Below, in pieces: positions 12,930-24,777 of a stretch of 64,000 nt of DNA. The stretch is from Selaginella moellendorffii (taxonomy: Eukaryota > Plantae > Lycopodiophyta): contig NW_003314263.1 of the NCBI RefSeq assembly GCF_000143415.4, forward strand, positions 2,606,041-2,670,040. Direction: 5' to 3'. Under the pieces are notes generated by a model, which saw only the letters and a program-made list of their open reading frames with translations, ran no database searches and was not told the origin of the DNA. Made by a program: the position numbers and the translations under genes. How positions within the stretch are numbered: position 1 is the first letter of the stretch; each line of letters starts with the position of its first letter.

Positions 12930-13166
12930 CCTCCCATCCTCCTTAAATCCTTCGTTCTTTTTCTAGGGCTCGAGCAGTGCGCCACAAAGAAAGAGGCCGG
13001 CGCCCCCAAATCTCCACTCCTCCAAGGTTTGCGGCGGCGCGTAAAACCCTAGCGCTGGATCTTGAGCTGCCGCGGCGGCGCCTGCTCGACGACCTCGCAA
13101 ATCGCAATCCTCTCTGCGTTTCGGCGCTTGATTTCGCCAGCGCTGGTAATCTCTTGTTCTTGACCC

Positions 13167-14267
13167 ATGGCGCAAATTCTAGAGGGCACTGAGCCGGTGG
13201 ATCTTGCCAAGCATCCGTCTGGGATCATTCCGACCTTACAGTGAGTGGTACTTGGGTTTGTGGTGACAAGATTGTAATGGAAGCTGGGGTCTTTTCTTTC
13301 TTTTCAGGAACATTGTCTCGACCGTGAACATGGATTGTAAACTAGATCTGAAAACCATTGCTCTTCACGCGAGGAATGCTGAGTATAACCCCAAGGTTTG
13401 TGGGAGAGAGGAAGTTTTCTAACTTAACGCTCTGGAAACAGCGTTTCGCAGCCGTGATCATGAGAATAAGGGAGCCCAAGACGACAGCGCTGATTTTTGC
13501 GTCGGGAAAGATGGTAGCTCGTCTCTTTTTCCTTGATTTTGGCGCTGTGATTCTTACGAACGGCTTGCTTGTAGGTTTGCACTGGAGCCAAGAGCGAACA
13601 ACAATCAAAGCTCGCAGCAAGAAAGGTAAATGCTTGACGCTGTTTTCTTCTTCGACAATGGGACTCATGGTTTTTCGTTCTTGCAGTATGCTCGCATCAT
13701 CCAAAAGCTGGGATTCCCCGCACAGTTTAAAGTATGAAGACGAAAACACATTGTGGTCTGAGCTCAAACTTAGTAACGTCCGTGATCGCAGGATTTTAAG
13801 ATCCAGAACATTGTTGGCTCCTGTGACGTTAAGTTCCCGATCAGATTGGAGGGCCTGGCGTACGCTCACGGTCACTTCTCAAGCGTAAGTCGTGCTTCCT
13901 TTGTCACACTTACACTCTTTTCTCTTTTGCGGGTCTTATCACTAAAGTTTTGTGCAGTACGAACCAGAGCTGTTCCCCGGATTGATCTACCGAATGAAGC
14001 AGCCTAAGATCGTGCTCCTGATCTTCGTCTCTGGAAAGATTGTGCTTACTGGTGCAAAGGTAAAACCAGTAAAAAACGCAGAGAGATGGAGGTAACGAAG
14101 CTCTCTTCCTTGGAGCTCCTTTTTTTCCACAGGTCCGGGATGAGATCTACGAAGCATTCGAGAACATCTACCCGGTGCTGACCGAGTTTAGAAAGATGCA
14201 GCAATGGTATGTTTCTCTCAAATTCGCCCGATCGATCGCCAAACTTACACGGTGTTCTTCGTATAGA
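13167..14267 (+). CDS. TBP: TATA-box binding protein, multi-exon
   Basis: [10 protein letters not shown]|NIVSTVN...RNAEYNPK|[24 protein letters not shown]...[13 protein letters not shown]. The stop codon TG|A is split by intron 14207-14266. Confidence 0.97.
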
Positions 14268-14612
14268 CAATTCTAAAGCTTCCAGGGTCATCGAATCAAC
14301 TTCCAAGATCATCGAATTGCAACTTATAGGACACGACGGACGCTGTAAAGGAAAGAAACGTCGAGAGGGAAACGATGCTTTACTGGGAGAGAATGTTTCT
14401 CAACAAAGCCTTTTAATTATTCACTTATATCCAGCCATGGAATAATTTTTGTTCGCTCATTTGATTTGAATGGATGATACGTCGGGTGTTCGAATCTCTC
14501 CAGCGTTATTTTCTTTTGCTAGAACCCTAGTGTATGGAATCGTCTTCTCCGCGAGCGTAGCTTAGGTGGGCGGGAATGAGATCCAGCGCAGGTTAGTCGA
14601 AATTCTTGGAGA

Positions 14613-17474
14613 ATGCTGCTCGCGGCAGGCTGTCTGATCGATTTCCCGTGCCATCGATGGCCTTCTAGATTTGCGAGCAGCGCGAGAAGGAGCTATGCCG
14701 TGCGGCGGCTTAGAAATTGCCAGGCTCTGGGATTTCGGAGCTCCAGGGGGCTAGATAACGGCGATGGAAGCGACGAGGATGGGAATTTTGTTCTTCAGCA
14801 GCCGCTGGAGATGGACGTGGAGGCTGAGGCGCTGGGGCTGCTGGAATGGCCGCTGGTTTGTCGGCAAATCGCCAGGTTTTGTGCCACGCCCATGGGTGTT
14901 GCTGCTGCTCGGGGCTCCAATCTTCCAGTCGGGAAGAATCGAGAGGACAGCGAGGGATTGCAAGATCAAACAGCGGATGCTCACAAGCTGGCCGGGACTC
15001 TTCGGTTTCTTGGTGCTAAGGACGTGACGAAGGTCGTGGAAGCGGCCATCTCCGGAGAGTTTTGCCATGTTGGAGAGCTTTGCTCGGTCAAGGATACGCT
15101 AGAGTGCGCTCGACGCTTGCACGATCAACTCTTCGCGAAAGGTGGTGGTGGTCTGGAGCTAGAACGTTTGGAACTTTCTCCACTACAACGGATCATGCAA
15201 GGCCTGGAGCTTTGCAGCGAGCTGCGAGAAGACATCGACAAGTGTTTGGATTCGAAGAGAGAGATCGTTCTCGACAGGGCGAGCACGAAGCTCTCGCAAG
15301 TTCGTCGCCAAAGGCAGGCCAACATGACCGAGCTCGAGAGTTTACTGAAGGAAACAGCGAGAATGGTGATAGATGCCGGAGGGATCGACTCGATGACTAT
15401 CACCACCAGAAGAGCCAGGCTTTGCGTTGCTGTGAGAGCGTCACACAAGTTTCTACTTCCTGGAGGCGTGGTCTTGGATTCTAGCAACACTGGTGCGACG
15501 CTGTTCATGGAACCAGAGCCGGCACTTCGGTTAAACAATTTGGAGATACAGCTCTCGGCAGCTGAAAGAGCAGAAGAAGTGGCGATTTGCAGAAGGCTTG
15601 CGTCCAGAGTTGCCGCCTCCGCAGCAAGCATCCTTGAGCAGCTCAACGCAATCACGCTGGTGGATTTAGCCTGTGCTCGAGCGAAGCATGCGAAGTGGCT
15701 TGGAGCAGTGAAGCCCGCGTTCTTCGAAAGTAAAAGCGAGTCGAAGGGAGTTATCATTGAGGAGATTCGGCACCCTCTATTGCTTGAGACTGCACTGGAA
15801 AAAGGTTTGGACAGAGATAACTTTCCTGTTCCGATTGACATCAAGGTGAGAGACGGAGTCAAGATCGTTATCATCTCTGGCCCAAACACCGGTGGGAAAA
15901 CTGTAGCTTTGAAGACGCTGGGAATTGCTTCTATTATGGCGAAGGCGGGACTATACTTGCCTGCGTCAGGAAATCCCAGACTCCCGTGGTTTGATCGTAT
16001 ATTTGCCGATGTTGGCGATTCTCAGGTGCGTGATCCGCTTGCTAAAATGGTTTCTGACTTCTGAGTTTTTCTTTCTTCAGTCGCTGGAGCAGAATTTGTC
16101 AACATTTAGTGGTCATATGAGGCGTCTGTGCAAGATTACCGAAGCAAGTGGTCCTCAGTCTCTGGTGCTGATAGACGAGATTGGAGGTGGCACTGATCCG
16201 GCCGAGGGATCGTCTCTGGCTACTGCTGTGCTCAAGTATTTCGCCAAAACGGTTCATCTATGCATCGTCACCACGCATAGTGCTTCACTGAAGACCCTTC
16301 CAATCCACGACCAGGACTTGCCATTTGAAAATGCGTCTGTGGAGTTCGACTTAGAAACGCTTCGGCCAACTTACCGAGTTCTTTGGGGACTTCCTGGACA
16401 GTCAAATGCTCTCAACATTGCGAAGTCTCTTCAGTTCGACTCGGATATCCTCAGCCGTGCAAGCTACTGGCTGACTAAGCTGACACCGTCGGGACTTAAA
16501 AGTCGTCAGAGCGATCTTATGCTGCAGCTCATGAAGCAGTCCGAGGAAGAAGAGGACCATGCCTGCACAGCAGCAGTGTATCTTTCTGATATAGAGACAC
16601 TGCACAACGAAGTAAGCGGATTCCTGTCAGCCACAATAATAAGTAGCTAATTCTGTGTTCATTCTCTCCAGATCGCGTTTGAAGTTGACGACCTGGACAA
16701 GAGAAAAATTGCCGCAAAACGCCAGGAACTAGCTTCGATGAGCAAGCACGTCACTGAAGCAAAAAACAAGATGGAGGCAGTGATATCCAGGTATAAAGAA
16801 GGATTGAGTAATAACAGTGGCGGTGGCAAGGCATTTACATTGCGAACTGCACAGGACTCAATCACCACCATAGTGAACGACTATGGCGCTTTCTTCAAAG
16901 AACAAAATCCGAGCAATAGTTATTTGCCTTTGCCGGGAGTAGGAGAACGAGTTATCATACGGAGGCTGGGGAAAAAGCCGGCAACTGTACTTGAGCCTGC
17001 CGACGATAGTGGCCATTTGATGGTTCAACTTGGAACTATGAAAATGCGCGTCAAGACCACTGAGCTGATGCTCACAGCCCAGGGCAGTCCTGTTAAACAG
17101 GCAAAGGTACAGTCAGATCTCTTTTTTTCTATGTTTTGTTTGGAGTTGATGGCTAGTATTGTTTTTTTATCTTACAGAAGCCTGCTCCATTCCTTCCCGA
17201 ATCGGGAACTACGGAACTTAAATTCGGGCCTGCAATCCAAACGTCGAAGAATACAGTAGATTTGCGGGGAATGACAGTGGAGGACGCTATCCAAGTCGTT
17301 CGCATGGTTATAGCAGAGAGAGAACCGGGATCAGTGCTTTTCATCATTCATGGCGTCGGAACAGGTGCTTTGAAACAGGCAGTGATCTCAATCTTGCGAA
17401 AGCATCCCAACGTGGCCAAGTTTGAGGACGAGTCCTTCGTAAATGGTGGCTGCACAGTCGCTTACGTTTCATAG
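14613..17474 (+). CDS. MutS2: MutS2-family ATPase with C-terminal Smr domain and probable transit peptide, 4 exons
   Basis: LGLLEW, SNTGATLFMEP, Walker A SGPNTGGKT, SLEQNLSTFSGH, LIDEIGGGTDP, Smr domain DLRGMTVEDA...IIHGVGTG. Confidence 0.94.
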
Positions 17475-18065
17475 ACTACCATCGTCAACGATGAACAAGA
17501 AAGCAGAGGGAGCTTTCAGTGAATCTAGAGGTTATCAAGAAAAATAGGCTCGAATGCGGGCGGGATCTATGATAATGGCCACTGAGGAGGGAAAAAGCCA
17601 TTGTTTCGCGAAGACTTTGCTTCCTCTAGTATGCAAAGTGTGGGAATCTTTTTAGCTTGCTGCTTTGGCAAAAGATAAAACTCACAAGGACGATTATGAA
17701 AGCTCTGGGGAGTTTCACAGGTGGCCCCCAAGATCCAAGTTGGTCCCCAAAGCTGGAACCTACCAAGAGATCGATAACGACAAGCATGCCACAGTGGCTA
17801 CACTACTGTCCGGAGTGAACGTCGTAATTTGGACGTAAGCGTCATCTGTTCTTCACCAACCGGACTACGTACCAGTGTTTCTGGTGTGGCGAAAAAAAAC
17901 GAGTTCAAAAACTCTGAAAGGTAAGAAGGATTTGGTTGGCCCATGGGACTAAACATGATCTACTGTAACAGGCCGTGGTACAAGTTAAGACGAAGTAGCT
18001 AAAGCTTCTAAGCAAACGGACGGACAACGAACGCTCCCTTCCCATCACTACAAAAGTCTTGAAAC

Positions 18066-20081
18066 TCACAAGCAGAATCTCCAAGTCCAAACCAGCACTG
18101 CGAGCATGAAAGCAGCTCCCACCGTCGCATGCAAAGCTTCCCCGCTCGATGTATTGCTCGACGGATTAAATGGCTGGAGGATGCCACCCGATGACGATGG
18201 TCCTGTTGTTCCACCGCTGGTGCTGCCACCACCCGTGCCAGCCCCGCCACCCGAGCTCCCACTGCAAAGATGCAAACAAAACGAAACCACGCTCAAAGGT
18301 AAGCTTTGAAACATCGGTTAACCACTCTACCTTGACGTGAATATGCAGCTGTCATGACCTGGAGAGAGAGAGAGAGAGAGGACTACCGTCAACACCAGCC
18401 AGCTGAGGCAACTAAAACAGAAGCTTACTTGGATCAGTGCTCGTCAGCATTGCGGCTCCCTGGAAATCGCATGTTGCTCCAGCGCCAACATTCTTCTGGT
18501 AGTAGCTGTTGAAGGCGTAAGACGCATGCGCGGAGTAAGTGTCCGGGAGATAGCAGGCACCGTTCTGTTGGATAGGGGTGCAGTCGGCGTTCCCTTGGCC
18601 GCAGGCCCAGTTGAGGCCAACGGAGAGCAAGCTATCAGGTGCTCCTGAAGCAGCAACGCAAAACTGGCCACTTCCAGTTCCAGTTCCACCGGAGGGTGGT
18701 GCAACAGCGGTACCGTTGGTGCCGTTGTCAGCGAGGACTCTCCGCATCAAGATCTCAGCTTCCGAGACTCCGGGACTCAAGTGGAAGCTGTACCGCGGGA
18801 CCTGGCTCGTGCTGAAAAGTCCATAGCGTCGACGACTATCACCAGCAGGGCCAACGATGTCGAAGAACTCGTGGACGTAGACACGGATGCTGGCTTCTGG
18901 CTTGTGCGGGGTCCCCTTGTCGCTCTGGATCCGTTTCACGAGGCTTTGAGCGAAGAGAGCAGCGTTCTCAACGGTTGCGGTCGAGAGGGGGTCACTTTCG
19001 GATCCAGACGACTTCCATGGCCAGCCGATCTCACCAACGACAACCGGAATGTTTGAAAAGCCGAGCTTTTCCATGGCACTGTAGGCGGAGTCGACAGCGG
19101 CGTCGAGCAAGCTGGAGTAGCCAACTTTGGTGTCTTCATCGAGAAGTTCCTGAGCGGTGGACGACGACATGGCAAAGTCGAGAGCGAAACCATCATGGAG
19201 GTGAGCTTCGAAGGGGTCTACATTGATCATCACGTACGAGCCTTTGGGAGCCAGGAAGTCGAGAAGCTCGCGCAAGTGGCTCTGGTAGAAATCTTCAAAG
19301 GCTGCCGAGGATGGTTTATGGCCCCACTGCGAGAACATCTGCATGGACAGCGAAGCCGACACTCTGATCTCCTGCTCTAGACCCGCCGCTGCGATGCAAG
19401 AACGGATTTTTCTGCCGGCTTCGATGAGATCTCCAGCAAAAGAGGGATCTTTGGTCATGAGCTCCGACCCCAGTACGATACCCGTGACCTCCGTCGATGG
19501 AAAGTGGTGAAGGATATTTGCTTCGAACCATTCTGAGGCAGCATTCTGGGACTGAGCAAGAGCTGGAATGGACTGATCGGGAACGGTGAGAAGAACCTGA
19601 ATTTTCGAGCCGGACAGGGCCCGAAGAATCGAGGGATGAGCATCGCCCTGCAGCTTGATGTACCGGACTTGGAGGACTTGGAGAAGATCCACGACAAGCT
19701 CTGCTTTTGGGAGACGGCCAGCTTCAACTTCGAGCTTGGGGTACCTTACATTGACTCCAACAAATCCAGAAGCTCCTGCGTTATGACACAAGAAAGAGCG
19801 AAGTTATGAGCACCATGGTCGGTTCGTGGCGGGGATAAAACTCAATCACTCGGAGGAAAAACTGTCCTGGAACAGTCGAGGAGTTCCTTGGAGCTGCGAG
19901 AAGAAGCCCCCTTATGAACAGTGAAAGGTCTGTGGATAGAGGGGGAGAGGGAAGGCATTAAGTTTGGAGCTCTCTAACCTGATGCCACACAGGTGCTGAT
20001 GAGAATGATGAACACGCGCAGCACTCCAGAGCGTCCGAATCCTCGATCTGTCACCGCTGCTGCTGCTGCTGCTGCCTCCAT
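18066..20081 (-). CDS. Glucan endo-1,3-beta-glucosidase (GH17 + X8/CBM43), probably GPI-anchored
   Basis: Signal-peptide exon from ATG 20081, GH17 VVVGEIGWP, X8 domain FCVA...WACGQG..DC..IQ..GACY...HASYAFNSYYQ and a hydrophobic C-terminal tail. Confidence 0.9.
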
Positions 20082-21046
20082 GATATTTATATGTCCGAGA
20101 GAGAGCTGTGGAAACTCTCACCTCCAGGCGAGGATAAGAGAGAGGAGCTCGCACAGTGCAAGCGTTGTTTAAGAGCGCATGAAGCAGGGAACAGGGGGAT
20201 GATAAGCAGAGTTTAGAGATCCTTAAAACCGTTCCGGGGGTGAAAAGAAAAAAAGGTGCTCCAGCAGCCGCTAGCAGATCGACATCACAGATGACTAAAA
20301 CGACGAGAACAGTGCTTTTCTGCTGATTCAAGAGGCTCGAGGGCGGTGCTCGAGAGCTCACGCTGGTGTTACGTAGACGCGAGCGCTAGAGGAGAGCCCC
20401 ACCGCGATTGACGATTAGGCGAGCCCCACTGCTGCTGGCGATCAATGGAGCGATCACACGACACGAGGTAGGCCAAAGTATCAACGCTAAGGAGAGAAAA
20501 AAAAGCGAGGAAAGAGAAAGAATAGCTAGCCCCTCTTCTTGCTTCTCTGTCTAACTAGACGAGTTTTTGTGTCGTAGGTACCTCGCTCCCCTGCGAAGAA
20601 ATGGATTCAACACTAGCGCACACGTGTGTTGTCGAGAGACTATATATCGCTTCCAGGTTTTTCTATTTGCTCTTTTTTAATTTCTTTCTCGCTATATTAA
20701 CACATATACGTTGTGGTAGAGGTGTATGATCAAGCTGTATGATCGAAAGCAATCACATGGAAATGACTATATTTCGAGCAAGACGATTGGAAAATAAAAA
20801 GAGAGATCTCTCTGGAAAAAGCAACGCAAAATCTGAGAGAAATGAAAGAGCATCAGTAACAGCAGCAGCAGTGGCGGAGAAGTTTTTGGATGATACTAAC
20901 GGGCAACAAAGAGCTAAGTTCTAAAGCTTCTCTTTTCTGTAAAGCTGATACTTTGCTTTGCTTCTTTGTTTAATCAGGCGAACGCATACGGACGATCGCA
21001 GCCCCGCAACGGATACCTACGCTCTCCCATACAATACATTCCAGAA

Positions 21047-21113
21047 GAATATTCTGTCAGGGGATTGGACGAATATTCTCTCGAGAACAGAATATACTGG
21101 AAGCAGAATATAC
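21047..21113. promoter_or_regulatory. Cluster of four P1BS-type (GNATATNC) motifs
   Basis: GAATATTC at 21047 and 21071; GAATATAC at 21090 and 21106. Confidence 0.55.
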
Positions 21114-21889
21114 CTTGCTAGTCGTTGAAAAGGGTGGAGAAATAAAAAATATTCGGTGCTTAGCGTGAGAACTCACAATGCAACGTATCTATCGTACTGT
21201 GGGATTTTAATGTCACTGAAAGCTGTGCGTGATGGGGACCGGCGACCGTGTCGTCAAAAAAGGGGATAACTCTCAATTTTTTACCATGAATTTCTTTTAC
21301 CCAGGGGTTGTAGATGCTAGGCTGGTAGGTACGTAGCGCTGCGACTAGGTGTACGTATGGGGACAGTATCATATGGCATCAAACGTCCTTGGATTTAGAA
21401 TGTTACGAGGGGAGGTTTAAGGGAGGTTTTTACACGAGCGGGTCTTTTCCTTTAGTCCGCCTTTAGTTTTGGTTTGGTTCTTTCCATCTCTTTCAGTGTT
21501 TTTTGGTTTTAGCATCTGGGCGCGTCTGTCTGTCTGTGTGTGCTGCTACTGTCGCGAGTGACAATAAAAATTTGGGTGCCATGATTACACCTATGGCCTC
21601 CAAATCTCTCTTGCCAGCACAACGAGAGCAGAGAATTTAATGCAGTGTCCTCCTCGCTTGCCTTCGATTTGTTAAAATGAAAAAAACTTACTTGGAACTT
21701 CTCCATTAGCTTAATACAAGAAAAAAGAACCGCGAGACGCATTGGCGAAGATGGTCTAGAGTGTTTTCAGTACAAAATTTGGTGCATTGACCTGTGCAAG
21801 CAACGAACAAGGTTTGTGAGTGATGTGAGAGCCAAGCAGAAACACCAAAGTTTTTACTCACCCCAAGGAAGAGAGGGAAAAGGTGTTGA

Positions 21890-24471
21890 TCAATCGTTGC
21901 TTTGGTCACTTTCGTCGTCCGAAAAGCTTCCACCGTTTTCCAGGTGAGGCTTGTCTTCGTCCATCCTTTCTTCTTCTTCTTCCTCCTCGTCCTCGTCTTC
22001 GTCTTCGTCAGCCATTGCGTCCTCCACCTCTTGATCACTGTCTTCTTCTTCATCTTCTTCGTAAACAGCGGTAGCCACCTCCGCTTGCTCGACGCTCTTG
22101 GATGTCTCGTTTGCCTTGATCTGAAACAAAACAGGATGAGCATGAAAAGCGACTGTGTCCGCTTTTACCTTGGCGACGATCAGATCCAGCCTTCCAGACA
22201 ATGCGAGCAAAGGTCTGAATATGTGAAGACGAGACTCCACAACCTGGAACATGTTCGTCTCTCTCAGGCTTGAATAGAAAATGTAAAAAGCTGACTTGCC
22301 TGATAGAGAGATTTCAGGACAGGTTGGATGGCAATGTTGGACATAATATAACTTGCATGTTCCAGCAGCGTTATCCGGATCCATGGCAGTAACTGCAATC
22401 CTCGCCGTGGACTACACACACACACACACACAAACATTGAAATTACGATAAACACCAAGAAAAACAACGAAAGGGAAACTTGTGCTACCTTTCTTCAAGC
22501 CTCGAAATTGCGAGTCTCAAAAGAGTGCAGGCATCCTTTGGACTCAAGGACCTGACGGTGTTCGTAATCACCTACAAAGTTTCAATGATCAAACCGTTTG
22601 AAACAAAGCATTTGAAAAACTTAAAAGTTTACCTTCGTATCCGAAACACACAGGCACTGCTCGATCAGACTCTTGTCGTCCGATCGCATTGCCTGTGTGA
22701 AGAGAACCTCCAGAGAATCCGACTTTGGAGGCACCACTTCCGCGTTCTCAAACGCATTTCCCTCGGTGCGTTTGTCTTCTACCAGTCCCAAAGCCATGAG
22801 ACGTTCTTCCATTGTTTGCTCGTCCTTGTCTTCTTCCATTGGAGTGGCTCCATCGGCTTTATCCTCTAGAGCGGCAAATACGTATGAACTTCCTGGACTT
22901 TCACTTCTGAAAACTCTCACCTTCCATACCTTGACTTGGTTCGGCTTCTGAAGCCACATTTGCTTCGCGCCTCTTTCGTTTCTTCACGTCGCCAGCTTCA
23001 ATTCGAGGCTTAGGAAGGCTTGCGTCGGCTGCATTGTCTGCTCCCAACACAGTCACTGCTGAAAAATCGACAAAACTTATGAAAAACCAGTAATGTAAAT
23101 AAGAACACGAAAAGAAGATCCTACCATCATGGCCACCACGCTTGATCGTCGGTTCGGACTGCGAGAGTAACAGATTTCCCTGCTCCGATGGAGGCAGAAC
23201 AACGACGCCTTCTTCAGGCAGTGCCACCGTCTCAAAACTCGGCCTCACAGTCGTACCCCGTGCAACCACGACAGAGCCAGCTCCCACAAGCCGTCCAAGA
23301 AGAATGCTTTGTTTCGACGCTTTTCCCGAGTTCTTGGAGCCGACACGAACTCGCACGGGCTCGGCCTTCCCGAGCTCTTCCAAGCTCAGACCGCTCCATA
23401 TGTAAGCCTCGCCTGTTTCTGAGACTGCCAGTATTTTCCTTTCCGTGCCATCCTTTTCGAAACCCCACGAATCTAGAGCAACAGCGGGATGCTCCATCGC
23501 CAGAGCCACTTTAGCTTCCTTCCCAACTTCGTTAGTGTCCCAAACTGCGATGTTTCTGTCACCAACAGCAGCCGAAAGTACGTATCTTCCGTCCTCGGTA
23601 AACACAGTAACATTCACAGAAGACTGAAAAAAAACAGAAGAAAAAAGAAAGAGATTGTAATGTGCCAGGATAGAAATCAATATAACAATACTCACAGCAT
23701 GCCCAGTAAACTTTCGTAACCTCTTCCTGGTTCTCATATCAAACAGTCTCAGCTCGTTGGCCGCGACAAGCAACAGCGAAGCATCTGCAAGAACACTTGT
23801 TTACAGAACAAGGCTTTTGCTTCACGAAAGCACACACCTGGCGACGACGATATATTCGTGATTGAACTTTTCGAGCACTGCAACGTGCTCAAAATCTTTC
23901 CAGAGGCTACCTCGAGCTCGCAGACAATGCCATCTATTCCAGCACTGAACAAAGATCCTTGGTTCTTCGCGAAGCACACGGAGGTTACTCCACTGGAATA
24001 GTTGCTCAAAACCAAGCTAAACTCGAAAAAAAAAATTAAAAAAATGGGAGTCGCTTACCCGGTGTTGCAATCGTTTGTCCTCCATGTGAGCTCTCCGAGA
24101 ATGGGATCCCAGGCCAGGACGTCTCCACCTCCAGTTCCTAGAACAATCAAAGACGCCTTCTTCTTTTTCTAACACACAAACAAAGGATGAAGAAGCCTCC
24201 TGTGCCTTGCGAAATAGGCAAACCTTCTTGCTGGAAGCACCCCATGCTAGACTTTTGTAGTTGAGAGCCAAATGCCCGTCTAGAGCTTGAGAAGAACTCG
24301 CTGCTATCTCGCTAAATTCCGCGCAAACATGACCACTGGCAACATCCCATGTCTGTAGATCAAATATTTTGAATCAATAACACTGAAATCTAGAAGAAGA
24401 ACCTTCAATCGTCCATCGCCAGCACCGATAGCAAACTGATCTCCTCGCGGACTGAACGCCGCTAGAACCAT
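21890..24471 (-). CDS. WDR43: WD40 protein WDR43/UTP5 (SSU processome), multi-exon, acidic C-terminus
   Basis: MVLAAFSPRGDQFAIGAGDGRLK start, WD repeats (KFTGHA), Utp12-like TMEERL...LFTQAMRSDDKSLIEQC...LLALSGRLDL and a D/E-rich tail. Telo-box (TAGGGTTT) just upstream. Confidence 0.85.
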
Positions 24472-24552
24472 CGCCAGAGGAGAAATGGGGCGCTTTAGGG
24501 CTTAGGGTTTTATTAACTTGGGGGTTTATACTAAGAATATTCTTCTAACATC

Positions 24553-24607
24553 AAGGGGGAAAGGAATGATCAAACCCTACGTGGCATATACTACGAAGAT
24601 TCGTCTC
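24553..24607 (+). repeat. ~55-bp dispersed repeat (telo-box + ACGTGGC), inverted copy at 29246-29300, direct copy at 57671-57726
   Basis: aaggggRaaaggaatgatYaaaccctacgtggcatatactRcgaagattcgtYtc is visible at all three sites. Confidence 0.8.
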
Positions 24608-24777
24608 ATCACAGGACGCTGGTAAAATAGACTAAGAATCAAGCAGCGTAAGTTTTGCGTCTTTGAAAGCGATTTGTCATTAGCAATGGGATTTTACCAG
24701 AATCTGGAAAAAGAAAAAAAGATTAAAAAAAGGTAAAACTTAGGGTAAAACGTGTATGGGCGCATTTCCTTGGTACG

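Noticed and set aside
18362-18380. (GA)n microsatellite, (CA)n at 22414-22432 and poly-C at 50295-50316
   Set aside because: Ordinary simple repeats in introns or an LTR.
20850-20960. miR399/IPS1-like ncRNA near the P1BS cluster
   Set aside because: Only a GGGCAAC match. No full miR399 sequence, complement or hairpin seen.
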